DNA of 64,000 nt, from the NCBI RefSeq assembly GCF_011045215.1, contig NZ_CP049201.1. One strand, given 5' to 3'. A program made the translations under genes and the position numbers. The first letter of the stretch is position 1; the number at the start of each line of letters is the position of its first letter. Origin of the DNA: Escherichia coli. Lineage in GTDB: Bacteria; Pseudomonadota; Gammaproteobacteria; Enterobacterales; Enterobacteriaceae. Below are positions 23,806 through 35,921 of the stretch, in pieces. The notes beneath the pieces are model-generated. The model was given only the letters and a program-made list of their open reading frames with translations. It made no database searches and had not been told where the DNA came from.

Positions 23806-24504
23806 ATGAAACATGACCATTTTGTTGTTCAAAGCCCGGATAAACCTGCGCAACAGTTGTTACTGCTTTTCCACGGTGTCGGGGATAACCCGGTGGCAAT
23901 GGGGGAAATAGGCAGCTGGTTTGCGCCGCTATTTCCTGATGCGCTGGTGGTGAGTGTCGGAGGCGCGGAGCCGAGCGGTAATCCGGCGGGGCGTCAGTGG
24001 TTTTCGGTGCAGGGTATTACGGAAGATAATCGCCAGGCGCGTGTGGATGCCATCATGCCGACGTTTATTGAAACGGTACGCTACTGGCAGAAACAGAGTG
24101 GAGTAGGGGCTAACGCCACGGCGCTAATTGGTTTCTCACAAGGCGCGATTATGGCGCTGGAGAGCATTAAAGCCGAACCGGGCCTTGCTTCGCGCGTCAT
24201 TGCCTTTAACGGACGCTATGCGAGCCTGCCGGAAACCGCGTCTACAGCCACGACAATTCACTTGATTCATGGTGGTGAAGATCCGGTTATCGATCTGGCG
24301 CATGCGGTTGCGGCGCAGGAAGCGTTAATCAGTGCCGGTGGTGACGTGACGCTGGATATCGTGGAGGATTTAGGCCATGCGATCGACAATCGCAGTATGC
24401 AATTTGCCCTGGATCACTTGCGTTATACCATTCCGAAACATTATTTCGACGAAGCGCTAAGCGGCGGTAAGCCTGGCGATGATGATGTGATTGAAATGAT
24501 GTAA
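23806..24504 (+). CDS. ypfH: Esterase YpfH (alpha/beta hydrolase)
   Basis: Track ORF trimmed to MKHDHFVVQ (232 aa); GFSQG nucleophile-elbow motif. Confidence 0.8.
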   Translation: MKHDHFVVQSPDKPAQQLLLLFHGVGDNPVAMGEIGSWFAPLFPDALVVSVGGAEPSGNPAGRQWFSVQGITEDNRQARVDAIMPTFIETVRYWQKQSGVGANATALIGFSQGAIMALESIKAEPGLASRVIAFNGRYASLPETASTATTIHLIHGGEDPVIDLAHAVAAQEALISAGGDVTLDIVEDLGHAIDNRSMQFALDHLRYTIPKHYFDEALSGGKPGDDDVIEMM

Positions 24505-24509
24505 TAATA

Positions 24510-24577
24510 GCCGGGTAGGCCTGATAAGACCGTATCAGGCATCATGGCCGGATGCGGCGTGAACGCCTTATCCGGCC
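24510..24577. repeat. REP element (ypfH-ypfN intergenic)
   Basis: gccggatgcggcgtgaacgccttatccggcc class palindromic unit. Confidence 0.6.
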
Positions 24578-24584
24578 ACTTAGC

Positions 24585-24785
24585 TTACTTCTTCGGTTGA
24601 TCCTTTTTCGGCCAGTCGTCGTCATCGTCCCACTTATCGTTGAAATCACGATGCGGGGGAAGCTCCGGCTTGTTGGCGAGAAATTTCTTATGGTCGACGC
24701 GCTTGAGATCTTTAATCACGTTCAGCAGGACGCCTACCAAAAAGACAATCACCAGAATCCACCAATATTTAGCCAGCCAGTCCAT
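24585..24785 (-). CDS. ypfN: Small membrane protein YpfN
   Basis: [25 protein letters not shown]... 66 aa with acidic C-terminal tail. Confidence 0.7.
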
Positions 24786-24812
24786 GCTTATTTCCTCTTG
24801 CAGAACCACTCA

Positions 24813-25940
24813 TCACGCGACGAGCTGTTCCATGATACGTTGATACATACGGGCAAGTAGCTGCAGGTCGGCAGCGTTCACACATTCATTAATTTTATGA
24901 ATAGTGGCATTGACCGGCCCGAGTTCCACCACCTGCGCCCCCATGCGGGCAATAAAGCGCCCGTCGGACGTTCCGCCTGTGGTCAGTAGCTGCGGTTTAA
25001 TTTCATTATAGTGCTCAACCGCGTTAACGACCGCATCCACCAGTTTACCGCGCGCGGTCAAAAATGGCTGCCCGGAAAGCCACCAGTCCACCGTATAACG
25101 CAGTTGATGTTTTTCAAGCAGGGCAAGCACCTGTGCTTTGATCATCTCATCAGTCAGTTCGGTGCTGAAGCGGAAGTTAAACTGCACAAACAGTTCACCC
25201 GGAATAACGTTGTTACTGCCCGTTCCCGCCTGAATATTGGCAATCTGCATACTGGTCGCCGGGAAGAATTCATTGCCCTGATCCCACTCAATAGCCACTA
25301 ATTCATTAAGGAAAGGTGCTGCGCGATGTACCGGATTGTCAGCCAGATGTGGGTAGGCAACATGCCCCTGCACGCCATGAATGGTTAGGTTGCAGGTTAA
25401 CGATCCGCGACGACCATTTTTCACTACATCACCTACCACTTCGATACTCGACGGTTCGCCGACCAGGCAGTAATCGAGACGCTCATTACGTGCCATTAAC
25501 GCTTCGACGACTTTTACCGTACCGTTGTGTGCACTGGCTTCTTCATCAGAGGTGATCAGAAATGCCAGTCGCCCCGTATGGTTGGGATGTTGTGCGACAA
25601 AACGTTCTGCCGCTACCACCATCGCCGCCAGCGAGCCTTTCATATCTGCCGCACCGCGCCCGAATAACATGCCGTCACGAATGGTTGGTTCAAACGGCGG
25701 ATTGATCCAACGGTCGGCGTCGCCAGGCGGCACCACGTCGGTATGCCCGGCAAAGGCTAACGTTTCACCTTGCCCACGCCATGCCCAAAAATTCTGCGTA
25801 TCGGCAAAGTCCATGCGTTCAACGGTAAAACCGATCGCCTGCAAACGTTCAATCAACAAAGCCTGGCATCCTGCGTCATCAGGACTCAGGGAAGGGCGGC
25901 GAATAAGCTGTTGTGTCAGCTCAATAACCGGGCACGACAT
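24813..25940 (-). CDS. dapE: Succinyl-diaminopimelate desuccinylase DapE
   Basis: 375-aa M20 peptidase-family ORF starting [17 protein letters not shown]. Confidence 0.9.
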
Positions 25941-25943
25941 AGA

Positions 25944-26318
<375 letters not shown>

Positions 26319-26680
26319 TTATGAGAATAAATACTCATTTAAGGGTGAAAACATTTTGCCTGCAAATGATTATCAGGAAATATAACATTATCGAAGTATT
26401 CAAATTAACAGCTATTAAATAATATTAAACATTTTTAACGTAAACATTAAGAATATTCATCTTGTTATCTGTCTGTATTTTAACCAGAATTAAATCAGTA
26501 TTAGATGCCGTATGAATATCTCGAAATGTTGCTGTGTATCACATACAAATTATCACCGCAGGACCATAGTATTTACATAAGGTTTGTCCCCCGGAGGTAG
26601 TCATCGCAGCAATCGAGTAAATTAGCTTCACCACGGTATATTGTTTCCGTAGAATACCCATAATTATAAGAGAGGTTGTT

Positions 26681-26740
26681 ATGATTGAACGTGAACTGGG
26701 GAACTGGAAAGACTTTATCGAAGTTATGCTTCGTAAGTAA
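26681..26740 (+). CDS. ypfM: Small protein YpfM (19 aa)
   Basis: atgattgaacgtgaactggggaactggaaagactttatcgaagttatgcttcgtaagtaa = MIERELGNWKDFIEVMLRK, preceded by SD-like gagagg; below the ORF-track length cutoff. Confidence 0.6.
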   Translation: MIERELGNWKDFIEVMLRK

Positions 26741-26804
26741 TTCCTGAGACAAAGTACAAACAGCAAGAACCCGCTGAGCAGGTTCTTAATCGGAAAGTTG
26801 AAAA

Positions 26805-26838
26805 AGGCGACACATTGGCATGTCGCCTTTTTTATTGC
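26805..26838. terminator. Bidirectional rho-independent terminator (ypfM / acrD)
   Basis: aaaaaGGCGACAcattggcaTGTCGCCttttttatt: GC stem flanked by A-run and T-run, between convergent ypfM and acrD. Confidence 0.65.
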
Positions 26839-29800
26839 TTATTCCGGGCGCGGCTTCAGCGGGAAGCGGCGGCGCACCAGCACAAAGAACAGCGGCACGA
26901 AGTAAATAGCCAGAATAGTAGCTGAAATCATCCCGCCCATTACGCCAGTACCCACCGCATGCTGACCACCGGAACCGGCACCCGTGCTGGTTGCCATTGG
27001 CAATACGCCGAAGATAAATGCCAGCGAGGTCATCAGAATCGGGCGTAAACGCTGACGGCAGGCGTGGAGCGTTGCTTCAAACAGGTCGTGGCCTTTTTGG
27101 TTCATCTCGTTAGCAAACTCGACGATCAGGATGGCGTTTTTCGCCGATAAACCAATGACCGTTAACAGACCCACCTGGAAGTAAACGTCGTTTTCCAGCC
27201 CGCGCATCCAGGTTGCCAGCAGCGCGCCGATTACCCCCAGCGGCACGACCAGCATTACCGAGAACGGTACCGACCAGCTTTCATACAATGCAGCCAGACA
27301 CAGGAATACCACCAGCAAGGAAATGGCGTACAGCGCCGGAGCCTGCGCGCCGGAAAGCCGCTCCTGATACGACATCGCCGTCCACTCCAGACCAAAGCCG
27401 TTTGGCAACTGCTTCACTAACGATTCCATAATATCCATCGCCGTACCGGTACTGACCCCCGGTGCGGCTTCCCCAACAATCTCAACCGCAGAATAACCGT
27501 TATAGCGTTCCAGACGCGGCGAGCCTGTCTCCCAGCGTGAGGTCGCGAAAGCAGAGAAGGGCACCATGCCGCCATCTTTATTTCGGACATACCAGAGATT
27601 GATGTCATCTGGCAGCATGCGATACGGCGCAGCTGCCTGCACATAGACTTTCTTCACGCGACCGCGATCCATAAAGTCATTCACATAGCTCGAACCCCAG
27701 GCGGTTTGCAGTGTGTCGTTAATATCGTCGATAGCAACGCCCAGCGCCTGAGCTTTACGCTGGTCGATATCAATCTGCAACTGCGGACTGTCGTCGAGGC
27801 CGTTATGGCGCACACGGGTTAGCTTCGGGTTTTCCGCCGCCAGCGCCAGCAACTGGTTACGTGCAGCCATCAGCGCATCGTGACCTGCTCCAGCGTGGTC
27901 CTGCAACTCCATATCAAAACCCGCAGAACTGCCAAGACCGCTAATTGCTGGCGGGCTGCTGGCGATAACGCGAGCTTCTTTAATCTTGTTAAACGCCTTC
28001 GTTGCACGCTCGATAATGGCAAACGAGGTGCCGGTCTTACTGTCGCGTTCGCTCCAGTCTTTCAGGCGGATAAACATTCGCGCCACGTTTTGCCCGTTGC
28101 CCCCAGGACCAGAGCCAACGGTGGCAAACACCGACATGATGTTGTCTTTTTCATGGGTGAAGTAATATTTCTCGATTTGCTCAACGACTTTCAGGGTCTG
28201 TTGTTGGGTTGAACCGCTGGGCAATTGTACCGAGGTAGTAAACATGCCACGGTCTTCCAGCGGTAAGAACGACGTCGGCAAACGCAGGAACAGGAACACC
28301 ATGCCGCCAAGCAGCAGGACATAAATCACAATCCAGCGCAGGCTACGGTGGAGAATTTTCGCCACCCCTTTTTCGTAGCGTTCGGCGTTGCGGTTAAACA
28401 TCTGGTTAAACCAGGCAAAAAAGCCTTTTTGCCCGTGATGCTCACCTTTTTTCAGTGGCTTAAGTAGCGTGGCACACAGAGCCGGAGTGAGGATCATCGC
28501 TACCAGTACTGACAGCACCATCGCCGCAACAATGGTAATAGAGAACTGGCGATAGATGGCACCGGTGGTGCCGCCGAAGAAGGCCATTGGTACAAATACC
28601 GCCGAAAGCACCATCGCAATCCCGACCAGTGCCCCCTGGATCTGCCCCATCGATTTACGTGTGGCTTCGCGAGGAGTGAGTCCTTCCTCACTCATAATAC
28701 GTTCGACGTTTTCCACCACCACGATGGCGTCATCCACCAGCAGACCGATCGCCAGTACCATCGCGAACATGGTTAAGGTGTTGACGCTGTAACCGAAGGC
28801 GTAAAGTACGGAGAAGGTTCCCATCAACACCACCGGCACGGCGATAGTGGGTATCAGCGTGGCGCGGAAGTTTTGCAGGAATAGATACATAACGAGGAAA
28901 ACCAGGGCGATAGCTTCCAGCAGCGTTTTCACCACGTCTTCAATGGAGGCTTTAACAAACGAGGTGGTTTCATACGCCACCTTGTATTCCAGTCCATGCG
29001 GGAAGTACTGCGCCAGCTCGTCGAGACGATTGAGCACCAGCTCCGCTGTCGCCATTTCGTTTGCGCCGGAGGCCAGTTTTACCCCCAACCCGGAGGCTGG
29101 CTTACCATTGAAGCGGCTAAGATAATCGTATTTCTCCGCCCCCATTTCGACGGTGGCGACATCGCCCAGCCTTACCTCTGAGCCGTCCTGATTCACCCGC
29201 AAGGTGATATCGCGGAACTGTTCTGGTGTTTGCAGCAGTGACTGGGCGTTAATGGTGGCGTTGAGCGCCTGCTTATCGACGGAAGGTGTACCACCAAGTT
29301 GCCCAACCGCAATCTGCGCGTTCTGTGACTCAATGGCATCAGTGACATCTTTAGCCGTCATCTGGAAACTGTTGAGTTTCGCCGGGTCCAGCCAGATACG
29401 CATGGAATATTGCGAACCATAGGCATCGATATCCCCGACGCCATTCACGCGGCTTAACGGGTCCTGAATATTACTGGCAACATAATCGGCAATATCCTGT
29501 TTATCCATCGAACCATCGGTAGAGACGAAAGCAATGGTCAGAATATTGGTATCGCCGGTTTTACGCACCGTCACGCCCTGATTTTGCACCGCCTGCGGTA
29601 ACTTTCGCATGGCTGATTGCAGCTGGTTTTGTACTTGCTGCACGGCTTCGTCCGGATCGGTGCCTGCTTTAAAACTTAAAGTGACAGATGCCTGACCGGT
29701 GCCACTGCTCTGAGATGACATATACATGAGATTATCGAGGCCGGTCATATTTTGCTCGATAACCTGGGTCACGGTGTTTTCCAGCGTCTGGGCCGATGCG

Positions 29801-29952
29801 CCGGGATAGTTAGCGGTCACTCGCACATTCGGTGGCGCGAGATCGGGGTATTGTTCAACGGGCAATGAAAAAATCGCCAGGGTCCCTGTCAGACACAACA
29901 GGATTGCCAGCACCCAGGCAAAAATGGGGCGATCAATAAAGAAATTCGCCAT
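26839..29952 (-). CDS. acrD: RND multidrug efflux pump AcrD
   Basis: 1037-aa ORF starting [23 protein letters not shown] (AcrB/AcrD family). Confidence 0.9.
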   Translation of the reverse strand: MANFFIDRPIFAWVLAILLCLTGTLAIFSLPVEQYPDLAPPNVRVTANYPGASAQTLENTVTQVIEQNMTGLDNLMYMSSQSSGTGQASVTLSFKAGTDPDEAVQQVQNQLQSAMRKLPQAVQNQGVTVRKTGDTNILTIAFVSTDGSMDKQDIADYVASNIQDPLSRVNGVGDIDAYGSQYSMRIWLDPAKLNSFQMTAKDVTDAIESQNAQIAVGQLGGTPSVDKQALNATINAQSLLQTPEQFRDITLRVNQDGSEVRLGDVATVEMGAEKYDYLSRFNGKPASGLGVKLASGANEMATAELVLNRLDELAQYFPHGLEYKVAYETTSFVKASIEDVVKTLLEAIALVFLVMYLFLQNFRATLIPTIAVPVVLMGTFSVLYAFGYSVNTLTMFAMVLAIGLLVDDAIVVVENVERIMSEEGLTPREATRKSMGQIQGALVGIAMVLSAVFVPMAFFGGTTGAIYRQFSITIVAAMVLSVLVAMILTPALCATLLKPLKKGEHHGQKGFFAWFNQMFNRNAERYEKGVAKILHRSLRWIVIYVLLLGGMVFLFLRLPTSFLPLEDRGMFTTSVQLPSGSTQQQTLKVVEQIEKYYFTHEKDNIMSVFATVGSGPGGNGQNVARMFIRLKDWSERDSKTGTSFAIIERATKAFNKIKEARVIASSPPAISGLGSSAGFDMELQDHAGAGHDALMAARNQLLALAAENPKLTRVRHNGLDDSPQLQIDIDQRKAQALGVAIDDINDTLQTAWGSSYVNDFMDRGRVKKVYVQAAAPYRMLPDDINLWYVRNKDGGMVPFSAFATSRWETGSPRLERYNGYSAVEIVGEAAPGVSTGTAMDIMESLVKQLPNGFGLEWTAMSYQERLSGAQAPALYAISLLVVFLCLAALYESWSVPFSVMLVVPLGVIGALLATWMRGLENDVYFQVGLLTVIGLSAKNAILIVEFANEMNQKGHDLFEATLHACRQRLRPILMTSLAFIFGVLPMATSTGAGSGGQHAVGTGVMGGMISATILAIYFVPLFFVLVRRRFPLKPRPE

Positions 29953-30115
29953 TAAAAGAGGACCTCGTGTTTCTGTGTATCGTTGTAGGCTTGACTTGCT
30001 TCACTGTAGCGGCAAGGTACGAGCCAATCGTGGAGAAAAAAAGGAGTTAATGTAAATTATCATGCCCTTTTATACTGAACCTTAAGTGCAAGTATTCTTT
30101 GGTCAGTAGGTGGCA

Positions 30116-31816
30116 TTACATCAACTGACTTTCCTCACCCTCCGCAGAGCGAAAGCTAATACTCACTAACGTGCCGCCGCCGGAAGGTTGTGAAAAAGTC
30201 AGCGTCCCACCCAGACGTTCCGCGCGTTCGCGCATGATATTCAGACCATAATGACCTTCGGGTTCTTTCGGTTCACCGATACCAATCCCGTTATCACGGA
30301 TATAAACCGTGTGATTGCCGTCCGGCGCGGTGACGCAACTGACGGCGATTTCGCTGGCGTTGGCGTGCTTCATCGCATTCAGCACCGCTTCGCGAATAAT
30401 TTGCAACAAATGCACCTGCATTTGCGCATCCAGTGCCAGGGTTGGCAGACGGCAGTCGAGGGTCAGTTTGGCGCTGGTTTGATTTTGTAACGTATCCAGC
30501 ATTTCCCTCAACGCGGAGGGGAGATCCGCCTGCTGCAGCGTCAGGCGAAAAGTAGTCAACAGCTCGCGTAACTGCCGATAAGCATCATTCAACGCCTGGG
30601 AAAAATCGGCCATGATACTTTGTGCGGTGGCGTTATCTTCCGGTATCGAACGCTTCAGTAACGTCAACTGGATACGTAAGTAAGAAAGTACCTGAGCCAG
30701 CGAGTCGTGCAATTCGCGGGCGATGGTTGCACGTTCTTCCATCAACAATAACTGCTGAAAATGCTTCTGCGCCTGATTAAAGTACAAACCACGTCCCAGC
30801 ATCGACGAAACGCTGTTAAGCAGCGGTTCTGATGATGAAACGTGACTATTTTGCCAGTGCAGTTCGCCGTAAACCGTCTCTTGCATTGTCACCGGTAAAA
30901 TCTGCATCGGCAATTCCGGGTTTGGTTGCCCTTCGCTAATCCGCCAGTTTTCACCGACATTTAACTCCAGATATTCAGCCGCTTCATTGTCGCGAACAAT
31001 CTGCAAAATATGGCGGAAACAATGCACATCAATCTGGCTGGTGTTCAGCGCCTGCGAACACTGATACAACACCTCCAGACGACGCTTGGCCTCGTGGAGA
31101 TCGCGGGTCTTTTCTTCTACTGACGCTTCCAGCGAACGGTACAATTTATGCAGCTCGCTCGACATCTGGTTAAAGGTTTTTGCAAGTAGACCAAGCTCAT
31201 TCGGCAGACTGGTATCCAGCGGCGGCGAGTCGAACTGCCCGTGTTCAATACGCTGACTGGCGGTAACCAGCTGATTCAGCGGGGCAACCACCTGATGGCG
31301 TATGCGGCGCAAAGTAAAAAAGACCAGCGTGAAAATACCGATGCCGCCAGCCAGGGAAATCGCCACCACCAGCAGCATTTTGCGTTCAGCGTAGTGCTGT
31401 AAAGCCAGCACGAACAGGTCTATCTGATTAACATAATTATTAATATTGGCCTGATACCACGGCAAATCGCCCTTGCTGAGCCGATTATTCATCTCCAGCC
31501 AGTTGGCATTCAGATGCGCATAGCGGGTTTTTACTGCTTCTGGCACATACCAGACGTTGAGATTGGTTAATACTGGTGAATGCAGTGCCTGCTGAAATAA
31601 CTGGCGATGTGCATTGAGTTGTGGACTGCCACTTTGCAAGTCGTAGCCCAGGCGGTAACTCTGCATACGCAGCGATCCGGCAATATTGATAGCCTCAGCG
31701 TCGCGCAAACTGCTCGCCAGAGTTAGCAGAGCGATACCCGTGGAAAGAATCGACAGCAGCACAATGTAAAAAAAGGCCCGGGCCAGACTGGCCGAGACGG
31801 GTCGTTTAACAATCAC
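30116..31816 (-). CDS. narQ: Nitrate/nitrite sensor histidine kinase NarQ
   Basis: Track ORF trimmed to GTG start giving (M)IVKRPVSASLARAFFYIV (566 aa); HAMP plus histidine kinase (ELHDSLAQ H-box). Confidence 0.9.
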   Translation of the reverse strand: MIVKRPVSASLARAFFYIVLLSILSTGIALLTLASSLRDAEAINIAGSLRMQSYRLGYDLQSGSPQLNAHRQLFQQALHSPVLTNLNVWYVPEAVKTRYAHLNANWLEMNNRLSKGDLPWYQANINNYVNQIDLFVLALQHYAERKMLLVVAISLAGGIGIFTLVFFTLRRIRHQVVAPLNQLVTASQRIEHGQFDSPPLDTSLPNELGLLAKTFNQMSSELHKLYRSLEASVEEKTRDLHEAKRRLEVLYQCSQALNTSQIDVHCFRHILQIVRDNEAAEYLELNVGENWRISEGQPNPELPMQILPVTMQETVYGELHWQNSHVSSSEPLLNSVSSMLGRGLYFNQAQKHFQQLLLMEERATIARELHDSLAQVLSYLRIQLTLLKRSIPEDNATAQSIMADFSQALNDAYRQLRELLTTFRLTLQQADLPSALREMLDTLQNQTSAKLTLDCRLPTLALDAQMQVHLLQIIREAVLNAMKHANASEIAVSCVTAPDGNHTVYIRDNGIGIGEPKEPEGHYGLNIMRERAERLGGTLTFSQPSGGGTLVSISFRSAEGEESQLM

Positions 31817-32021
31817 ACGCGTCTTCTCCACAAAAAATCATTAATGTTCCAGTTCGCTGAAACGCAATTTAGTCAGTGATGGGATTATTTGATCTGCCAC
31901 AGTTTATAGCGAAATAGTTACTTATTCTGGGCACATGAACATTGCCGATTCCCCTGTAAGTCGGGTAATAACAACACTCATATAAAGAATAAGGTTTTTA
32001 CAACCAAAAAAGAAGGTCGTT

Positions 32022-34001
32022 ATGAATCGTTTTATTATGGCCAACAGTCAGCAATGTCTGGGTTGTCATGCTTGTGAAATCGCTTGTGTCATGGCTCACA
32101 ATGATGAGCAACATGTCCTGAGCCAACATCATTTTCATCCCCGAATTACGGTTATCAAACATCAGCAGCAACGTAGTGCAGTGACCTGTCACCATTGTGA
32201 AGATGCGCCCTGCGCCCGTAGCTGCCCTAATGGCGCAATCAGCCACGTTGATGACAGCATTCAGGTCAATCAGCAAAAGTGTATTGGCTGTAAATCCTGC
32301 GTGGTGGCCTGTCCGTTTGGTACGATGCAAATCGTCCTGACACCCGTCGCAGCGGGCAAAGTTAAAGCCACGGCGCATAAATGCGACCTTTGTGCAGGGC
32401 GCGAAAACGGTCCTGCCTGTGTCGAGAATTGCCCGGCGGACGCGCTGCAACTGGTCACTGATGCCGCACTCTCCGGCATGGCGAAATCCCGCCGCTTGCG
32501 CACCGCACGTCAGGAACATCAACCGTGGCATGCCAGTACCGCTGCACAAGAAATGCCGGTAATGAGTAAAGTCGAACAAATGCAGGCAACGCCCGCGCGT
32601 GGCGAGCCGGATAAACTGGCGATTGAAGTGCGCAAAACCGGTTTTGATGAAATTTATCTGCCATTCCGTGCCGATCAGGCACAACGGGAAGCCTCGCGCT
32701 GCCTTAAATGCGGCGAGCACAGCGTTTGTGAATGGACCTGCCCGCTGCATAACCATATACCGCAGTGGATTGAACTGGTGAAAGCCGGAAACATCGACGC
32801 CGCCGTCGAGCTTTCTCACCTGACCAACACCCTGCCGGAAATTACCGGACGCGTTTGTCCGCAAGACCGTTTGTGTGAAGGTGCCTGTACTATTCGCGAT
32901 GAGCACGGTGCGGTAACTATCGGCAACATTGAACGCTACATTTCAGATCAGGCGTTGGCGAAAGGTTGGCGTCCTGACTTAAGCCATGTCACCAAAGTGG
33001 ACAAGCGGGTGGCGATTATCGGTGCTGGTCCGGCAGGGCTGGCCTGTGCGGATGTTCTGACCCGCAATGGCATGGCGGTGACGGTGTACGATCGCCATCC
33101 AGAAATCGGTGGCTTGCTCACTTTCGGCATTCCTTCTTTCAAACTGGATAAATCCCTGCTGGCACGCCGTCGGGAAATCTTCAGCGCGATGGGGATTCAC
33201 TTCGAACTCAATTGTGAAGTGGGTAAAGATGTCTCTTTGGATTCGCTTTTGGAACAATACGACGCGGTCTTCGTTGGCGTAGGCACTTACCGTTCCATGA
33301 AAGCGGGTTTACCCAATGAAGATGCGCCGGGCGTTTATGACGCGCTGCCGTTCCTCATCGCCAACACTAAACAGGTGATGGGGCTCGAAGAGCTACCGGA
33401 AGAGCCGTTTATCAATACCGCCGGACTTAACGTCGTGGTACTGGGCGGCGGCGACACCGCGATGGACTGTGTGCGTACTGCGCTGCGCCACGGCGCGAGT
33501 AACGTCACCTGCGCTTATCGTCGTGATGAAGCTAACATGCCAGGCTCGAAGAAAGAGGTGAAGAACGCCCGCGAAGAGGGGGCCAACTTCGAATTTAACG
33601 TCCAGCCGGTGGCGCTTGAGCTGAATGAACAAGGTCACGTTTGCGGGATTCGTTTCCTGCGTACGCGTCTTGGCGAGCCGGATGCCCAGGGGCGTCGGCG
33701 TCCAGTACCGGTGGAAGGCAGTGAATTTGTCATGCCAGCCGACGCGGTGATTATGGCGTTTGGCTTCAATCCGCACGGGATGCCGTGGCTGGAGTCGCAC
33801 GGTGTAACGGTAGACAAATGGGGCCGCATCATCGCGGATGTGGAAAGCCAGTACCGTTACCAGACCACCAATCCGAAAATCTTCGCCGGTGGCGACGCCG
33901 TGCGTGGTGCGGATCTGGTGGTTACCGCAATGGCAGAAGGACGTCATGCGGCACAGGGGATTATTGACTGGCTGGGGGTAAAATCAGTCAAATCTCACTG
34001 A
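32022..34001 (+). CDS. aegA: Fe-S/FAD-binding oxidoreductase AegA (GltD-like)
   Basis: 659-aa ORF with N-terminal 4Fe-4S clusters and a GltD-like NAD(P)/FAD domain; divergent from narQ. Confidence 0.85.
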   Translation: MNRFIMANSQQCLGCHACEIACVMAHNDEQHVLSQHHFHPRITVIKHQQQRSAVTCHHCEDAPCARSCPNGAISHVDDSIQVNQQKCIGCKSCVVACPFGTMQIVLTPVAAGKVKATAHKCDLCAGRENGPACVENCPADALQLVTDAALSGMAKSRRLRTARQEHQPWHASTAAQEMPVMSKVEQMQATPARGEPDKLAIEVRKTGFDEIYLPFRADQAQREASRCLKCGEHSVCEWTCPLHNHIPQWIELVKAGNIDAAVELSHLTNTLPEITGRVCPQDRLCEGACTIRDEHGAVTIGNIERYISDQALAKGWRPDLSHVTKVDKRVAIIGAGPAGLACADVLTRNGMAVTVYDRHPEIGGLLTFGIPSFKLDKSLLARRREIFSAMGIHFELNCEVGKDVSLDSLLEQYDAVFVGVGTYRSMKAGLPNEDAPGVYDALPFLIANTKQVMGLEELPEEPFINTAGLNVVVLGGGDTAMDCVRTALRHGASNVTCAYRRDEANMPGSKKEVKNAREEGANFEFNVQPVALELNEQGHVCGIRFLRTRLGEPDAQGRRRPVPVEGSEFVMPADAVIMAFGFNPHGMPWLESHGVTVDKWGRIIADVESQYRYQTTNPKIFAGGDAVRGADLVVTAMAEGRHAAQGIIDWLGVKSVKSH

Positions 34002-34068
34002 TAGCCTGCGCAGACAAACCCGACTTCACAGCGTAAGATAATTGTTCATTTCGCGCTGTGGAGTCGGT

Positions 34069-34644
34069 ATGACGCAACAAATCACCCTCATTAAAGACAA
34101 AATTCTCTCCGATAACTATTTCACCCTGCACAACATTACTTACGATCTCACGCGCAAAGATGGCGAAGTTATCCGCCATAAACGTGAAGTTTACGATCGC
34201 GGTAATGGTGCGACGATCCTCCTGTACAACGCGAAGAAAAAGACCGTGGTTCTGATTCGTCAGTTCCGTGTCGCTACCTGGGTTAATGGCAATGAAAGCG
34301 GGCAGCTGATTGAAACCTGCGCCGGGCTGCTGGATAACGACGAACCGGAAGTGTGTATTCGCAAAGAAGCGATTGAAGAGACGGGCTATGAAGTGGGCGA
34401 AGTGCGCAAATTATTTGAACTGTATATGTCGCCAGGCGGTGTGACTGAGCTAATCCACTTTTTTATCGCCGAATACAGTGACAATCAGCGCGCTAACGCC
34501 GGTGGCGGTGTCGAAGATGAAGATATTGAAGTGCTCGAGCTGCCGTTCAGCCAGGCGCTGGAGATGATCAAAACCGGCGAGATACGTGACGGTAAGACGG
34601 TGTTATTGCTTAACTATTTGCAAACGTCACATTTAATGGACTGA
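34069..34644 (+). CDS. nudK: GDP-mannose pyrophosphatase NudK (Nudix)
   Basis: Trimmed to [18 protein letters not shown] (191 aa); Nudix box region. Confidence 0.85.
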   Translation: MTQQITLIKDKILSDNYFTLHNITYDLTRKDGEVIRHKREVYDRGNGATILLYNAKKKTVVLIRQFRVATWVNGNESGQLIETCAGLLDNDEPEVCIRKEAIEETGYEVGEVRKLFELYMSPGGVTELIHFFIAEYSDNQRANAGGGVEDEDIEVLELPFSQALEMIKTGEIRDGKTVLLLNYLQTSHLMD

Positions 34645-34769
34645 AAAATAACAATAATATTTCGTTGTTTATTGTTGGCTCAATCCGACAAATCCGATTG
34701 AGCCGCGCTACCTGCGCAACGAAGATACGACTTGTGCTGTTTGTTTGAACTTCTGGGGTCGTACCGTCC

Positions 34770-35813
34770 ATGCGCTATCGCATTTTCCTTCTCTTTTTTT
34801 TCGCTTTGTTGCCGACGTCTTTGGTGTGGGCGGCACCAGCGCAACGGGCGTTTTCCGACTGGCAGGTCACCTGTAATAACCAAAACTTCTGCGTGGCGCG
34901 TAATACGGGCGATCATAATGGACTGGTGATGACCCTGAGCCGCAGCGCCGGGGCGCATACCGATGCCGTTTTACGTATTGAGCGCGGCGGGTTGAAGTCG
35001 CCGGATGCGTCTGAAGGGGAGATAGCGCCACGGCTGCTGTTAGATGGTGAGCCGTTGGCGTTAAGTGGTGACAAGTGGCGGATTTCACCATGGTTATTAG
35101 TAACCGATGATACGGCAACCATCACCGAGTTTTTGCAGATGATTCAGGAAGGGAAGGCGATCACCTTACGCGACGGCAATCAGACCATTTCTCTGAGTGG
35201 CTTAAAAGCGGCGTTGTTGTTTATTGATGCTCAGCAAAAGCGCGTTGGCAGTGAAACCGCCTGGATAAAGAAAGGGGACGAACCGCCGCTCAGCGTACCG
35301 CCAGCGCCTGCGTTGAAAGAGGTCGCGGTGGTTAACCCAACGCCGACGCCACTCTCACTCGAAGAACGTAACGATTTGCTGGATTATGGAAACTGGCGGA
35401 TGAATGGTCTGCGCTGCTCGCTTGATCCGTTACGTCGTGAGGTGAATGTCACTGCGCTGACTGATGATAAAGCGCTGATGATGATTAGCTGTGAGGCAGG
35501 GGCCTATAACACCATTGATTTGGCATGGATTGTGTCGCGTAAAAAGCCACTAGCCTCGCGCCCGGTTCGGTTGCGTTTGCCGTTCAACAACGGTCAGGAG
35601 ACGAATGAACTGGAACTGATGAACGCAACATTTGATGAGAAATCGCGTGAACTGGTGACCTTAGCGAAAGGGCGCGGATTAAGCGATTGTGGCATTCAGG
35701 CGCGCTGGCGCTTTGACGGTCAGCGTTTTCGCCTAGTGCGTTACGCCGCAGAACCGACCTGCGATAACTGGCATGGGCCAGATGCCTGGCCCACGTTGTG
35801 GATCACCCGTTAA
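34770..35813 (+). CDS. ypfG: DUF1176-family periplasmic protein YpfG
   Basis: 347-aa ORF with signal peptide MRYRIFLLFFFALLPTSLVWA. Confidence 0.75.
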   Translation: MRYRIFLLFFFALLPTSLVWAAPAQRAFSDWQVTCNNQNFCVARNTGDHNGLVMTLSRSAGAHTDAVLRIERGGLKSPDASEGEIAPRLLLDGEPLALSGDKWRISPWLLVTDDTATITEFLQMIQEGKAITLRDGNQTISLSGLKAALLFIDAQQKRVGSETAWIKKGDEPPLSVPPAPALKEVAVVNPTPTPLSLEERNDLLDYGNWRMNGLRCSLDPLRREVNVTALTDDKALMMISCEAGAYNTIDLAWIVSRKKPLASRPVRLRLPFNNGQETNELELMNATFDEKSRELVTLAKGRGLSDCGIQARWRFDGQRFRLVRYAAEPTCDNWHGPDAWPTLWITR

Positions 35814-35820
35814 ACAAAAT

Positions 35821-35910
35821 AGCGGGACATGTAGGCCGGATAAGACGCTGTAGGCCGGATAAGACGCGTCAGCGTCGCATCCGGCAATCAGCGTCCGGCA
35901 ATCAGCATCT
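35821..35910. repeat. REP/BIME array (ypfG-tktB intergenic)
   Basis: Tandem gtaggccggataagacgc units and inverted gccggatgcgacgctgacgcgtcttatccggcc-type sequence. Confidence 0.65.
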
Positions 35911-35921
35911 GCCGGTCAGTA